DNA of 62,103 nucleotides, filler included, from Pirum gemmata (Eukaryota): NCBI GenBank assembly GCA_002812295.1. It is 17 parts of 17 records of this genome, joined end to end, with 100 filler letters (N's around TTAATTAATTAA, not from the genome) between each part and the next. Parts side by side here need not be neighbours in the genome. Positions count along the whole stretch, not along the records: positions 33,324 to 36,540 come from PDIN01003069.1; positions 36,641 to 39,895 come from PDIN01003070.1; positions 39,996 to 43,223 come from PDIN01003071.1; positions 43,324 to 46,536 come from PDIN01003072.1; positions 46,637 to 49,859 come from PDIN01003073.1; 12 more parts are not named here. One strand, 5' to 3'. Shown piece by piece: positions 36,482 to 48,956 of this stretch (position 1 is its first letter; each line of letters starts with the position of its first letter). The notes under the pieces were generated by a model. It saw only the letters and a program-made list of their open reading frames with translations, ran no database searches and was not told where the DNA came from. The position numbers and the translations under genes were made by a program.

Positions 36482-38306
36482 TGTAACGTTGAAATAAATA
36501 AATGCTGTTGTTTGTTGTTGTTGTTGTTGTTGTTGTTGTTNNNNNNNNNNNNNNNNNNNNNNNNNNNNNNNNNNNNNNNNNNNNTTAATTAATTAANNNN
36601 NNNNNNNNNNNNNNNNNNNNNNNNNNNNNNNNNNNNNNNNATAAATATAATAATACTACCGTATAATAATAGCTATAATAATATTATATTATTAAATTTT
36701 ATAAGTTTTATATAATAACTTATATACCAGTATGACATACACTTTACATAGTCTTTTATTATACTCGATATAAGTAAGTTTATAAATAAGTAACTTTTAT
36801 AACTCTTTCAAAAAAAAGAAAAAATATTTAGAACTAGAAGTCTGTATTATACATCATAATGATTTATATATAATTTATTGATAATATAAATAAATCAATA
36901 TAACAACAAACAAACTAACTTCAACTAACAAACTGACATTCGACTAAATTGGGCTGTAAAATAATTGGTGCAATAGAAACTCTATAATAAAGGAAAAAAT
37001 AATTAAAAAATCGTCCAACAAATTAAATGTAAATTGTAACATAAAGGTAGCTATAGGAGGTTTTTCCATTTACCTATCATACAAGAATAAATCTGTAAAC
37101 AAATCGTGGATCGAATTCAAGGCGATTCATAGCGTTTAATTAACAAGGGCAATTTTTCATCTACAAGTTGAGCAAAAACTTATTGTTTTATAGGTTTTGG
37201 TGCAAACCTTCTGCATCTCTGGCCTTGTGTAAACACGGTCATCACATGATGATAACATTGTATTTTAGTATTATCTTTGGTTTGAGCTGGCAACTTCAAT
37301 ACCTGGTATATTTTTTCTATAAATTCAACTATCCTTTTGTTTAGAACTACTGGCACCGGTATATAAAATTACTATATTTGGCATTATTACTTAATTTAGT
37401 AATCTTTTCCAACCTGCTCGCAGCATTCTGAAAAAAAAAAAAAATCGACGGGGGTCACCAATTTTAATTAGTGTCCACTAATTACAATTAGGCCGAAGCC
37501 CGCATGGGCTTCAAAACCCTCTGCCCTTTTTTTAATTAGAAGTGCGGATGCCCTATTCACCAGGCCTGTGGAATCGTCTATAGTGCTTTTCAGTTGTTTT
37601 GTCATCATCAAATAAACAATAAATAGTACCAAATTAATACAATATAAAACCATTTAATTTAATTTTATTATCTATTTATTGATTTAAAAATGTCAATTTA
37701 AATATTACAACCCTCCAAATAAATATTCAGAGTGACAAAATAAATGAAAAGCATGATAGTAAATTGCTAGTAGATAGCTCTAGCTAGTAGAATGATAGTA
37801 AATTATGTATCATAGTATCGCTGTACATGTGGATTAGAAAGCTTGTAGTATATAGACTAGTATATAAAATTCCAGTATAAAATTTAATAAATTACCAAAT
37901 TATTATTATAGTTAAACTATCAGACATGTTTTAAATAATTTGCTATTTTATACTTAATGTTGTAAATTCAATTATACACTTAAAAACAGTACCAAATTAA
38001 AGATTGAGAGAACAACTAACTGTAATTAAATAGACGATCGATAGTATTAGTATCATAGAAGTCTATCATAGAACTTAGAACTATCTATCCTGATAGAACT
38101 ACTAGTTAGCTAAGTCAGAGCTTACTCTTTTTTAAAAAAATATTGTGCTTTTCATTTATTTTGTCACTCTGAATATTTATTTGGTTGGTTATAATATTTA
38201 ACTTGATATTTTTAAATTAACAATTAGATTATAACTGAAAAGCACTATAGTAGCTACTATCTGATATCACTGTCTGATAAGCTATCATAATAATTATCTT
38301 ACTTCT

Positions 38307-38980
38307 GGCCATAGGAGCTCTTCCACAAATTTTGTAGCTTTTTCGAAGAATATTTTTGTGCGTAATTCTGCCCCCCCTCGAATAATCCTCGAATATAAAG
38401 TCAATTAAGAAAATGTTTGTATAAATTATAATAGTATAAAAAATATGGTTTAGAGTGGATTTTGGCAATACTTTGCATTTTAAAAACAAAGTCAATTGAG
38501 AAAATGTTTGAATTATATTTATTCCATCGAGTTACAGGGCCTCTTTGCCACAAAGAAAAGGTCACAAACTAAATTTCCATTTAAAGTAAGAATGTTAGCA
38601 TTTATAGTAACTTCTAGTTACTTTTTTACTATTACACGTAGCATTTTTACTTTAAATGGGAATTTAGTTTTTCGAGTTTTTGTTCCTTTTCTATTATAAA
38701 CTACCACCTTATACTTTTGTGACCTTTTCTTTGTGGCAAAGAGGCCCTGTAACTCGATGGAACAAATATAATTCAAACATTGACTTTGTTAATGCAAAAT
38801 ATTGCAAAATATTGCCAAAATCCACTCTAAAACACTTCTAAAACATTAAAAAAAAATTTTTTTTTAAAAAAAAATAAATAGTCTAGTGGGCAGAATTACG
38901 CGCAAAAATATTCTTCGAAAAAGCTATGATATGACACAAAATTTGTGGAAGAGGAGCTCCTATCATCCAGTCCTATGGCC
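38307..38980. mobile_element. 674-bp foldback element with GGCC termini
   Basis: Arms are inverted copies over most of the length (e.g. CCATCGAGTTACAGGGCCTCTTTGCCACAAAGAAAAGGTCACAAA and its reverse complement). No TSD seen. Confidence 0.85.
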
Positions 38981-40193
38981 TGTTTAATTAAACTCTCTAG
39001 CTAGTAGTCTAGCTAGTAGCTACTACTAGCTAGCTAGCCTAGGCTCTAGCTAGGTTTGAGAGAAAAAAAAAAATAAGAAAAACTGCACCTTTTATATAAA
39101 TAAAAGTTTGCGGTTACAGATGGCGCTCGTGAGTCGTCTCTCGTTAAAAAAAATGGTGTGTCTGAGAGTGTCTGAGTTCTGAGACTTTTGGGAAAAGAAG
39201 ACGTGAAATTCAGGCCAAATCTGGAGACACAGATAATTCGAGCCCTATATATAATATATGATTTCGATATGTTTATGATGTATGCCATGCATCTCTAGCT
39301 AGCTAGCTATGTAACGTCAATTTCTGGTCAAATACAGCTTCAAATACCCCTACCTACCTTCCTCTCGACGTTCATTTCCGGTCAAATACCACCTACCTAC
39401 CTACTCCTTGACGTGACGTATTATTTGAACGCTCCCTAGCTAACTAGCTAGAGTAGTCTAGCTAGGCAGCTACCAACTAGCTAGCTAGCTATTGATACTA
39501 GTAGATAGCTTCAGTCTAGCTAGTAGCTACTACTAGCTGGAGTGCTCCAGACTCCAGTTTCCCTGATACAAATAAACTTTTGAGTTATGATAATTTGAAG
39601 TTTATATATCTATATGGGTATATGCTTAATGAATATTGCTTATTTAATACTGAAAATACATATACTATGTTTATAAACTATACGCTTTAATTATTACTAA
39701 AATTTTGGTTTTGGGACCACAAACTAAATCTACCAACCTAAATCAACTGTAAGTCTGTAACTCACTCACCCTTTAAAAAATTAATATTTTTTTATTTTTA
39801 ATTTTTTAAAAAGGTCGGGCCAAAATCAACGCTATAAGAATTGGGAAATTCTTGAAACCCCGTTTCTCACGGGGTAGTGGGTCAATGGGTAAAATNNNNN
39901 NNNNNNNNNNNNNNNNNNNNNNNNNNNNNNNNNNNNNNNTTAATTAATTAANNNNNNNNNNNNNNNNNNNNNNNNNNNNNNNNNNNNNNNNNNNNGGTTA
40001 GGGTTAGGGTTAGGGTTAGGGTTAGGGTTAGGGTTAGAAGTGGTAGGGCATTATTATTATATTATTCATTATTATTATTATTGATTATTATTACTATTAT
40101 TAATCAATAATAATAATAACTATTATTATTCCATTATTTAATTACATAATTATAATATTATTAATTTGATTTTTATTGTATATTATATTATTG

Positions 40194-43079
40194 TTAAAAA
40201 CAAGCATATTCATATTCGTTTTGTTGTGGCTTTTCTGAACTAACTTGTTCACTACAACAATCTGCAGAAACTAAAATAGTACTAATAGCATAACTACCAT
40301 CCACCTCACTCACTACAAATCTACCATTATCAATTTTATCCATATCAATAATATCAATAATATCATCATTATCATTATTATCATCATCCTCATCAATATT
40401 ATTATTACTTCTTTCTACATTTAAACTAATCACAGATTTTACATTGTCGTCAGCTTCATCGAAGTTTGGTTCATCGTACAAAACTCCTGCTTCACTATAT
40501 TCCCCACAATAACTATTATTATTATTATAATTATTATCATGATCAGGATTAACATTATTATTACTATACTTAATACCATTATGATCCGTATTATCATAGT
40601 AATGTTTTTGAATGGTAGTAAATGATTGGTTAGATTGGTTGCTATGGAAACTATCGTGCTCACCCTCCATAAACCTTCTATTACTATGGTAACTAGAATA
40701 ATAATGAATAGTAGAACTGTTTAAATACTCTTCGTCACTAATTAAAATTACATTTCCATACTCACCTTTAACAAACTCTTCCGGAGACATACCTTGAAGT
40801 AAATCTTTTTTTTGTTTTTTCCTACAATAACACACACACAACAAACCAAACATTACAAATAAACAAAACACTAACACGGAAGGTATAATTATTTTCAAAT
40901 CACTGAAAATATTAAAACTATCATTAGAAACTGTTCCTGTGGGTGTTGTGGTTGTACTTTCTACATTATTACGAGAATCTGGTTGGTTATCTGGTTGGTT
41001 ATCTGGTTGGTTAGGAAAAGGATTTAACATTAAACTTTTGGGAGGAGCGGGAGTTACGGCAATAATAATAGGATTACAAGCAAAATTAACTTCATCATAA
41101 AGTCTATCTTTGTTATTTTCACACAATAAACGCTCGCGTGTTATGTTTAAACATATACCTTTTTCGTTAGTAATTGTATCGAATTTAAATTCATCATTTC
41201 GCTGACATACTTCCTGTCTACTCTCACACCTTCCTTTATTCTTATTGCAAAAGGAATACTTACCATCATTTTTACAATTATATAAACATTTACCGCAAGT
41301 GTCTCTAATTTCATCTTTCTCATCGTACTCGAAAACACGATAACTATTATTCACAGTTTCTACATAATGATACTCTTTATCTATATCATCATCAAGGTAG
41401 ACTTCTTCTAAGAAGCATTTCAATTCAACCTTCAATAAATCCATCAATAAATCATGTTCATTAACCTTGTTTTTATAAAGATGTAAACTTTGTATTTCGT
41501 CACTACAACAGGGGATTAGTGTCTCTCCAAAATTAAACTTATACTTAAACCTATCCATAGCTTGATCATTGATTTTCTGTTCAGACCCTTTTAAAAAACT
41601 AACAAATTCAGTTGATAATGAGTAAAGTGAATTGTTTTGCATTGAAAGTATTAATCCTCCACTATTACAGTTATCTTTATATAACCCTTCAGGTACGTGT
41701 GTGAATTGGTTATTATCTAAATTGATATTCAAACAACAAACTAAATCCTTAGGATACAATTCTTTGTCAATGTAAGAAAGGACATTGTTACTTAGGTCTA
41801 TGGAAGCAAATGAAATATTCACGTGTTGAAAAACATTTTTGTCAATGTGTTGTATTCCGCGATTTCCTAGACTCAAGCGCGAGCAAAATGAATTATCCGG
41901 AAAATAAAGATCATTTCGCTGCAGAGTCCCGTTTACAATATCAAAATAAATGTTACATTCATCGATTAACATTGCATTATTATTATTGCCAAAAAGTTCA
42001 AATTGCGAACATTTCGAATTTGGTGAAAAACTTCTAATGTCATTATTATCAGGGTTATAAGCTTGGGTATCTGATACTTCTTCTTCTTTACTTTCATTAT
42101 GTATAAACAAATGATAAGATGGTTGTGTTGTTGGTGTTGTTGGCGGTATGGGTGGTATTGCGGATGTTATTGGTGTTGAACTATTGTTTTCGTCTGTAAT
42201 ATGTACATAGTAGAATCTAGGGTATAAATACTTATTTAATCCCAATAAATACACTAAGACTTCTTTAAAACTAAAGTTAGGTGAAAGTAAATTTTTTAAT
42301 AAGCTAAAGAGAGATGAAGGTTTTGGTGTAAACGTAATGTTTACTGGAAAAGTATAATTAGTTGAAGGTGATCCATTAAAACCTATTATATTAACCCTTG
42401 CGCCGTCAACAGCAGATACTTCCATCTCGCCCCCTTTTACTGGTATTACATGTAAATTATTTATTGTACGATGTGGTCCTGTAGGTGTATTAAGATCGGA
42501 ACTACTTTCAGGAGAAGAATCTAGTAGGTCAGCTGACTCTTCTATAATTTGGTCACTGGCGGCTTCTAATTCTTCAAATTCTTCTGTGTAAGATTCGGCT
42601 TCAAACTCGTTGGTCGAATTCATTTCAGTAACATTAACATTATCCTTATATTTTTGGTTTCTTTTTAACTTCTTATTATTAATATTATTATTATAATAAT
42701 GTGTTACATTCGCTGACTCTATTAGCAATTGAGCATTGTCGGCTTCTAATTCTTTTGATGATAGTTTAAAGGATGTATTGATATAAAGTTTGGGATTTTT
42801 CCTCTTACGTGGTTTAACTACAAACTCTTTCGAATTCGCTTCATTAGTATTATCTTTATTGCCATTATGTAACCCATTACTCGAGTTATTATTCTTGATT
42901 TGTTTTGGGGATATAGCATCGGAGTTAGTAACGTAATGGTCGGAAGCCCGGGCCTCGAAGAAGTCTTTATCGTTAACTTCACGGTTGATGACGAAGGGTT
43001 TGACCTTTTTTTCTGGTATACCAGTTACTACTACTGTTAGTATTACATAAAATATTACTAGTAATATAAAGGCTTTCAT
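40194..43079 (-). CDS. Single-pass LRR + Cys-rich-repeat receptor-like protein B (961 aa, intronless)
   Basis: Signal peptide MKAFILLVIFYVILTVVVTG; LRRs (RLSLGNRGI, SIDLSNNVL, NINLDNNQF, ILSMQNNSL); IPCC cap; Cys repeats; TM IIIPSVLVFCLFVMFGLLCVCYC followed by RKKQKK; Tyr-rich acidic tail. Confidence 0.9.
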   Translation of the reverse strand: MKAFILLVIFYVILTVVVTGIPEKKVKPFVINREVNDKDFFEARASDHYVTNSDAISPKQIKNNNSSNGLHNGNKDNTNEANSKEFVVKPRKRKNPKLYINTSFKLSSKELEADNAQLLIESANVTHYYNNNINNKKLKRNQKYKDNVNVTEMNSTNEFEAESYTEEFEELEAASDQIIEESADLLDSSPESSSDLNTPTGPHRTINNLHVIPVKGGEMEVSAVDGARVNIIGFNGSPSTNYTFPVNITFTPKPSSLFSLLKNLLSPNFSFKEVLVYLLGLNKYLYPRFYYVHITDENNSSTPITSAIPPIPPTTPTTQPSYHLFIHNESKEEEVSDTQAYNPDNNDIRSFSPNSKCSQFELFGNNNNAMLIDECNIYFDIVNGTLQRNDLYFPDNSFCSRLSLGNRGIQHIDKNVFQHVNISFASIDLSNNVLSYIDKELYPKDLVCCLNINLDNNQFTHVPEGLYKDNCNSGGLILSMQNNSLYSLSTEFVSFLKGSEQKINDQAMDRFKYKFNFGETLIPCCSDEIQSLHLYKNKVNEHDLLMDLLKVELKCFLEEVYLDDDIDKEYHYVETVNNSYRVFEYDEKDEIRDTCGKCLYNCKNDGKYSFCNKNKGRCESRQEVCQRNDEFKFDTITNEKGICLNITRERLLCENNKDRLYDEVNFACNPIIIAVTPAPPKSLMLNPFPNQPDNQPDNQPDSRNNVESTTTTPTGTVSNDSFNIFSDLKIIIPSVLVFCLFVMFGLLCVCYCRKKQKKDLLQGMSPEEFVKGEYGNVILISDEEYLNSSTIHYYSSYHSNRRFMEGEHDSFHSNQSNQSFTTIQKHYYDNTDHNGIKYSNNNVNPDHDNNYNNNNSYCGEYSEAGVLYDEPNFDEADDNVKSVISLNVERSNNNIDEDDDNNDNDDIIDIIDMDKIDNGRFVVSEVDGSYAISTILVSADCCSEQVSSEKPQQNEYEYACF

Positions 43080-43376
43080 TGTTATTGTTTCTATTTATAT
43101 TTTAATTCTGGTCACTATGTGTGATTTCTTTAGTGATGTGTTACGGTTACATAAATAATTAACTATTAAAATAAAACAATAAATAATAAATAAATAGATC
43201 CGCGTATTACGGACTTAGCATTANNNNNNNNNNNNNNNNNNNNNNNNNNNNNNNNNNNNNNNNNNNNTTAATTAATTAANNNNNNNNNNNNNNNNNNNNN
43301 NNNNNNNNNNNNNNNNNNNNNNNAATAATAATAATTAATAATAATAATAATTTAAAAACTGCCATTCGCTCCTTAC

Positions 43377-45415
43377 ATTGTTACTCCACCTTGGACATCA
43401 GTTTTTCCAATAGTTTTAGTCTTGGGTTTTGTTCCCGGGCAAGATAACCCAAGTAATCCCAAAACAAAGTTGGTAGCAATGTCCCCTTTCCCTTCTGTTC
43501 GCCTTTCACGAATTGTTGTTTCATTATTTACAATCTGTTTAGTAAACTTAGTAGTTGTATTGATTTGCTTGATTTCCCCACACTGACCTACATTGACATC
43601 AGCTTCTACAATGTTAGTTGTGGTGTTATTTTTCAGATAACACTTCTTTTTCTGATCACTAAAAACAAAGCGAACACACCTTTTATTGTCTGTGCACAAC
43701 GTTTTGCATTTTTCAAATGTTGTAATATTAGGTAAACCATTAGCAACTAAATCACCTCCTACTATATTACAACCGGAAATGCCTCTTCGTTCAATTTGTT
43801 CCGGTGTATTAATATTCAACACAAGTGGCCAGTCGTAAAGCGGAAGTGACAAGCTCCACAATGAAATAAAACCTGCAGTTCCTAATTTAAAAGCCATACC
43901 ACTATAATAAAGACCTAACTGCATATACCCATATAAACTCACCTTAGCCGTATCAATAGAGATAGTACCGTTACTGTTACTATCTCTTTTTTGTTTAGCC
44001 TTTTCAATTTCCTTCATCACGCTAGGTTCTAGTCCAGAGGTACTATTGTAACCTAAAAGAGGAACAGTAGCTTGGATAACTCCACCAACTCTAAACAGTA
44101 AACCAACTGCAACATCCAATATATTAGCCACTTCAATCTTAATTCCCAAGTCAAAATCCACACTTAAAAACAAAGACAACGAACCCATAACTGATATGTC
44201 AGATGTAATGGTAGTATTTTGTTTACTAGTTTTTGGATTAGTTTTTAAATCAGTACCAGTAGTATTATGATCTCCATTAAAAGTATTTGACACATTCCCG
44301 TATTCGAACCCTGTTTCAATTTCAAAATTGGCGTCAACTTGTGCTTGCCCAGCAACGGTTAGACCGAAATTAATGGTCGGGCCAGCCTTAAATAAGTGTG
44401 GTATTTCAAAAGAATAAGGTAGTAATATAGTAGCAATAGGTATAGTTTTTTCTGCCCAAATTCCAAATTTCATTAAAAATTTGAAGTCCGCACTAACTTT
44501 TCCTGAATGTTCCAAAAACACTTTGGAATCAATTTTTGATACTGCTAGAAATGGGATTTTAAAATAATAGCCAAATTTGATATCTAACGAAATGTGCGTC
44601 TGCGTCGTTACTTTCGCTCCGACGTAATATTTCGAGAACACTCCTTTTTCATTCGTGTAACCACAAGCTAAGTTACCATCCAATAACGTTAATGATTTAT
44701 TTATCTCTTTGTGGATATGGTAGTGCTCTTCGATTATGGTATCAGTAAACGCTGCATCAGTGCTTTCGACATTTTGGGTTGAAGTCGCTTCTGTGGTTGT
44801 TTCCTCTGTTGGTTTACCTTGTGTAGAAGAACGTCTGACAACATTATGAAATAAGTCAACATCATCCTTTTCAATACTAATAGCCCGACGACGTCTTCTT
44901 CTTTTTGTTTTTTCCATTTCATATTCTTGGGTTGCAGTTTGAAAGTTGTCCATATTACTATGATGAAAATACATTGTAAAAGCTTTTTGAGCAGCATCAA
45001 CATCATTATAATTATTGATATCAGTAAAATTGGTATGTACATCTAGTACTATGCTAGCATCTTTATTGGTATCAATAGTAGTATGAGTAACAACCATAAG
45101 TCTGTAATCTTTATTACAAGCTGGAAAAATTCCTATATACCAACCTTTATTTAGAAATTTTCTTTTTAATGCTTTTAATTCTTCAGATTGCTCTGAACTG
45201 AAGGATACTGTGATTCTGTCCTTATTAGTTTTAGCACAATTATACACAGCTGAAGTAAAATCAAACCACACATTAACATTTTCTGGACTTTCTAAGATTA
45301 CACTGGTTTTAAAACCTGATTCTTTTTCATAGTCTATTATATGCTGTTTTATTTCTTTTGCTGTATTAAGTTGTATTAGTAAGGTTACTACTAATATTAT
45401 TATTAAACCTAACAT
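43377..45415 (-). CDS. Secreted protein with a beta-rich domain and a PAN/apple domain; first exon, 3' partial
   Basis: Signal peptide; polybasic processing sites (KRRRRR, RR, KR); NIVGGDL..CKTLCTDNKRCVRFVF..KCYLK is PAN_4-like. The apparent stop overlaps a GTAAGG donor at 43376. Confidence 0.8.
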
Positions 45416-48400
45416 TATTATTTATTATGGTTATGGTTATTGATAAAATAAATATTAAATTTTAAAGGTTTGATTATTATTAATATTTTTAATTATATTT
45501 TTATTGTCAAAGAAATATTATTCAAATAATATTAATCCAACATATGACAGTTGAAATAATATTAATTAATAATAAAAAGGAAAAAGAATAATAATGAATA
45601 ATAATAAAAATAATTACAAATCATCAATTTCATCAATTTCATCAATTTGTATATTTCATTTTTTTTTTCCCTTTTTTTTCCTTTTTTTTTTTAAAAAAAT
45701 ATTAATTTTTTATTTTTTTCTTTCCCGTAATTTTTTTTTTTACTTTATTTTATTATTATTTCGAAATGTTTTCGTTTCGTTGGTTCATAGAGGGAGACTG
45801 GAAATCATTTGTTAAATTTTATTTGTTTTTTTGTTTGTTTGTTATTTTAATAAAAGTGTATACACAAAGTTGAATATGTAAATTGTAGTTCTTATAATGG
45901 AGTGAGGCTAGGATATGAGTTTGGGTTTGAATTAAGGTTTGGTGTTTGAATTTGAGTTCGCTATAGGGTTAGGGTTAGGGTTAGGGTTAGGGTTAGGGTT
46001 AAGGTTAGGATTGCGGTTAGGGTTGGTTTAGGATTAGGGTTAGGTTTAGGGTTAGGTTTAGGGTTTAGGGTTTAGGGCCTAGGGCTCAGGGTTTAGGTTT
46101 TAGGGTTTAGGGTTAGGGCTAGGGTTAGGGTTAGGGTAAAGAAAGTGTTAGGGTTATGGAAAGTTTTAGAAATTAAAAGTGGTCTAGGAAGGCAAATATT
46201 ATTTATAGAGTAGGGTTTGGTCTCTTTTTAAAAAATTAAAAAATTAATTGTATGTAGATTATAATTAATACACCACTGCCGGACAAACCCGCAGAAATCA
46301 TTTTTCTTTTTTTTTTAAAATTAATTAATTTTTTAAAAAAACTTCTTTTCTAAAAACCTTTAGTACTAACTAGCCAAATTATTTTTAAAAACTGGCCATT
46401 GAACCATAATTGAGTTTTCTTAGTTAGACAATTTCTGAAATTTTGATAGTACTTTCGTTAAAATTGGAGGATTTTTTAATTAAGATTTCGTCGATGTGTG
46501 TTAAAATAATAATAATAATAAGAATAAGAATAAGAANNNNNNNNNNNNNNNNNNNNNNNNNNNNNNNNNNNNNNNNNNNNTTAATTAATTAANNNNNNNN
46601 NNNNNNNNNNNNNNNNNNNNNNNNNNNNNNNNNNNNACTAGTACTAACCCTAACCCTAACCCTAACCCTAACCCTAACCCTAACCCTAACCCTTAACCCT
46701 AACCCTTAACCCTAACCCGAACCCTAACCCTAACCCTAACCCTAGCTAGAACCCTAACCCTAACCCTAGCTAGAACCCTAACCCTAACCCTAGCTATATT
46801 ATTGATATATAAATGTTTTTTGGGTACATTTATTAATATATTATTCACAAAAACTGAAAATAACTAATAAATGGGTATAATAATAGAATCTTAAAAAAAA
46901 ACATATATTCGAAAATGATAAAAAATTACAACTATATATCGATAATCCATATTTATTAATTAGATTTGATATTTTCGATTAGAGTTAGTTGGTCGTTTTT
47001 TAAACTGTGAGCACCATAGTCTAAATAAATAAAAATCTATTTTTAGACTAGACTATCTGTTGCCTAGGCACTGGCGCACGCGCACTAACGAATTCACTCA
47101 AATTCCAGTCAAATTGCTACCAAAAAAATAATAAAAAGTGCTAATAATAATAATAAGTGGTAGAGATACGAAAAATAACAGCGAAAAATGCATATTAATT
47201 ATTTATTTTATACTTTTGTTTATTTATTTCGCTTTTTTTCGCGCTTTGTAATGTTAGCAGAAAGAATTTGAAAACATCAGTTTTATTTTTTAACTTTCCA
47301 AAATATGTTTTGCTCGTTTTAGATTTATAGTGCTTTCACCAAAAATAGTACCAAATTAATATAATATAAATCCATTTAATTTAATTTGGTATGTTTTATT
47401 ATCTATTTATTGATTTAAAAATGTCAATTTAAAGATTATAACCCTCCAAATAATACGTCACGTGACTCACGTCAAGGGGTAGGTAGGTAGGTAGTATTTG
47501 ACCGGAAATTATCCGTCGAGGGGTAGGTAGGTAGGGGTATTTGAAACTGTATTTGACAGGGAATTGGCGTTACTTGGTACTATTTATTTTATATTTTTGA
47601 TGACAAAAACACTGTCCTAAAATTGTCACTGTTATTGTTTTTGTTAGGTTATTTTTGGTTGTTTGGTTGTTTGGTTGTTTGATTGTTTGATTGTTTGATT
47701 GTTTGTTTGATTGTTTGGTTGTTTGGTTCGTTTTGTTCGTTTTGTTCGTTTAATTAAATTTGTTGTTTGTTGTTTGTTATTTTGTTGGTTGATGTTGGTG
47801 TTGGTTGGTTATTGGTTGTTTGTTGCTTTTACTGTTGTTGTTGGTTGTTGGTTGGTGTTGGTGTTGGTTGGTTATTGGTTATTGGTTGTTGGTTGTTGGT
47901 TGTTGGTTGGTTGTTGTTTGGTTGTTGGTTGGCTGCTGGTTGTTGGTTCTTGGTTGTTGGCTGGTTGTTGGTTGGTTGTTGGTTGGTTGTTAGTTGTTGG
48001 TTGTTGTTGGTTGGTTGTTGGTTAACGTTATTGGTTATTAGTTATTAATTATTGCAACTGGTTGTTGGTTGTTGGTTGTTGGTTGTTGGTTGTTGTTGTT
48101 AGAGTTTGTTTGGTTTGGTTTGATTGCAATTGGTTTGGTTTGTTGGTTTGGCTTGGTTTGGTTTGTGCGTTTGTTTGAATTAGTTTGTTTGCTTATTTGC
48201 TTGTTGGTTTGTTATTTATCAATGTTGGCTTTGCAAACCTTAGCTTGAGCTTGTTTCTTGTTTGTTAACGCTGCTGTTTACAACACCTGTTTATTAATAT
48301 AATTATTGATAATACACTTATAATATAATTATGATAATTATATAGTTGTTTGTTATGCTAGGCAACTAGTGCTACTGTATAATATTAATTAAATGTTATT

Positions 48401-48745
48401 GTTTTAATCATGAACATTATCATTATTATCATTATTGTTATTATCATCTTCATTATTAGTATACGTATTATCATTATTATTATTATTACCAAAATTATTA
48501 TTAGCAAATTATTATTAGCAAAATTATTATTATTAACATTATTACCACTACTACTATATATAGCTACTACTACTTCTATTAATATTGTTATTATTATATC
48601 TGATATTATATTATACTATATTAATTATTATAAATGTCTAACTGTTGCTGCTTATTATTGTTGTCGTTGTGTTATCGCTACTAGCGCTGTTTGATGTTGC
48701 TCGTTGCCTGTTGTTTCGAATTCTAATAATTAATATCGTAAAGTA

Positions 48746-48956
48746 CCAGTAAAAAATCTGAAGATGGAAAAATTTGAACATGGAATTGAATCTAGAAGGG
48801 TATTTTTTTCAACTAAGACATCTAGATTGGTATTTTAAACTCTTTAATCGACATCTGGATACACTTTTTTTTTTTAGTCTAAAAATACCAATCTAGATGC
48901 CTTAGTTGACAAAAATACCCTTCTAGATTCAATTCCATCTTCAGATTTTTTACTGG
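48746..48956. mobile_element. 211-bp palindromic MITE with TA TSD (Tc1/mariner-like)
   Basis: TA-CCAGTAAAAAATCTGAAGATGGAA ... TTCCATCTTCAGATTTTTTACTGG-TA, with long inverted arms. Confidence 0.85.

Noticed and set aside
37000..37575. Coding-like GC-richer block and small hairpin GAAGCCC-GCAT-GGGCTTC
   Set aside because: Frames are broken by stops, with no recognisable motif or RNA gene structure.
15583..45415. Apparent cluster of surface/secreted genes (LRR receptors, oxidase, PAN protein)
   Set aside because: Each lies on a separate scaffold, so adjacency is artificial.
46637..46795. True chromosome telomere at a scaffold start
   Set aside because: Short, interrupted by CTAG units, preceded by non-telomeric bases, and similar tracts are clearly interstitial elsewhere.
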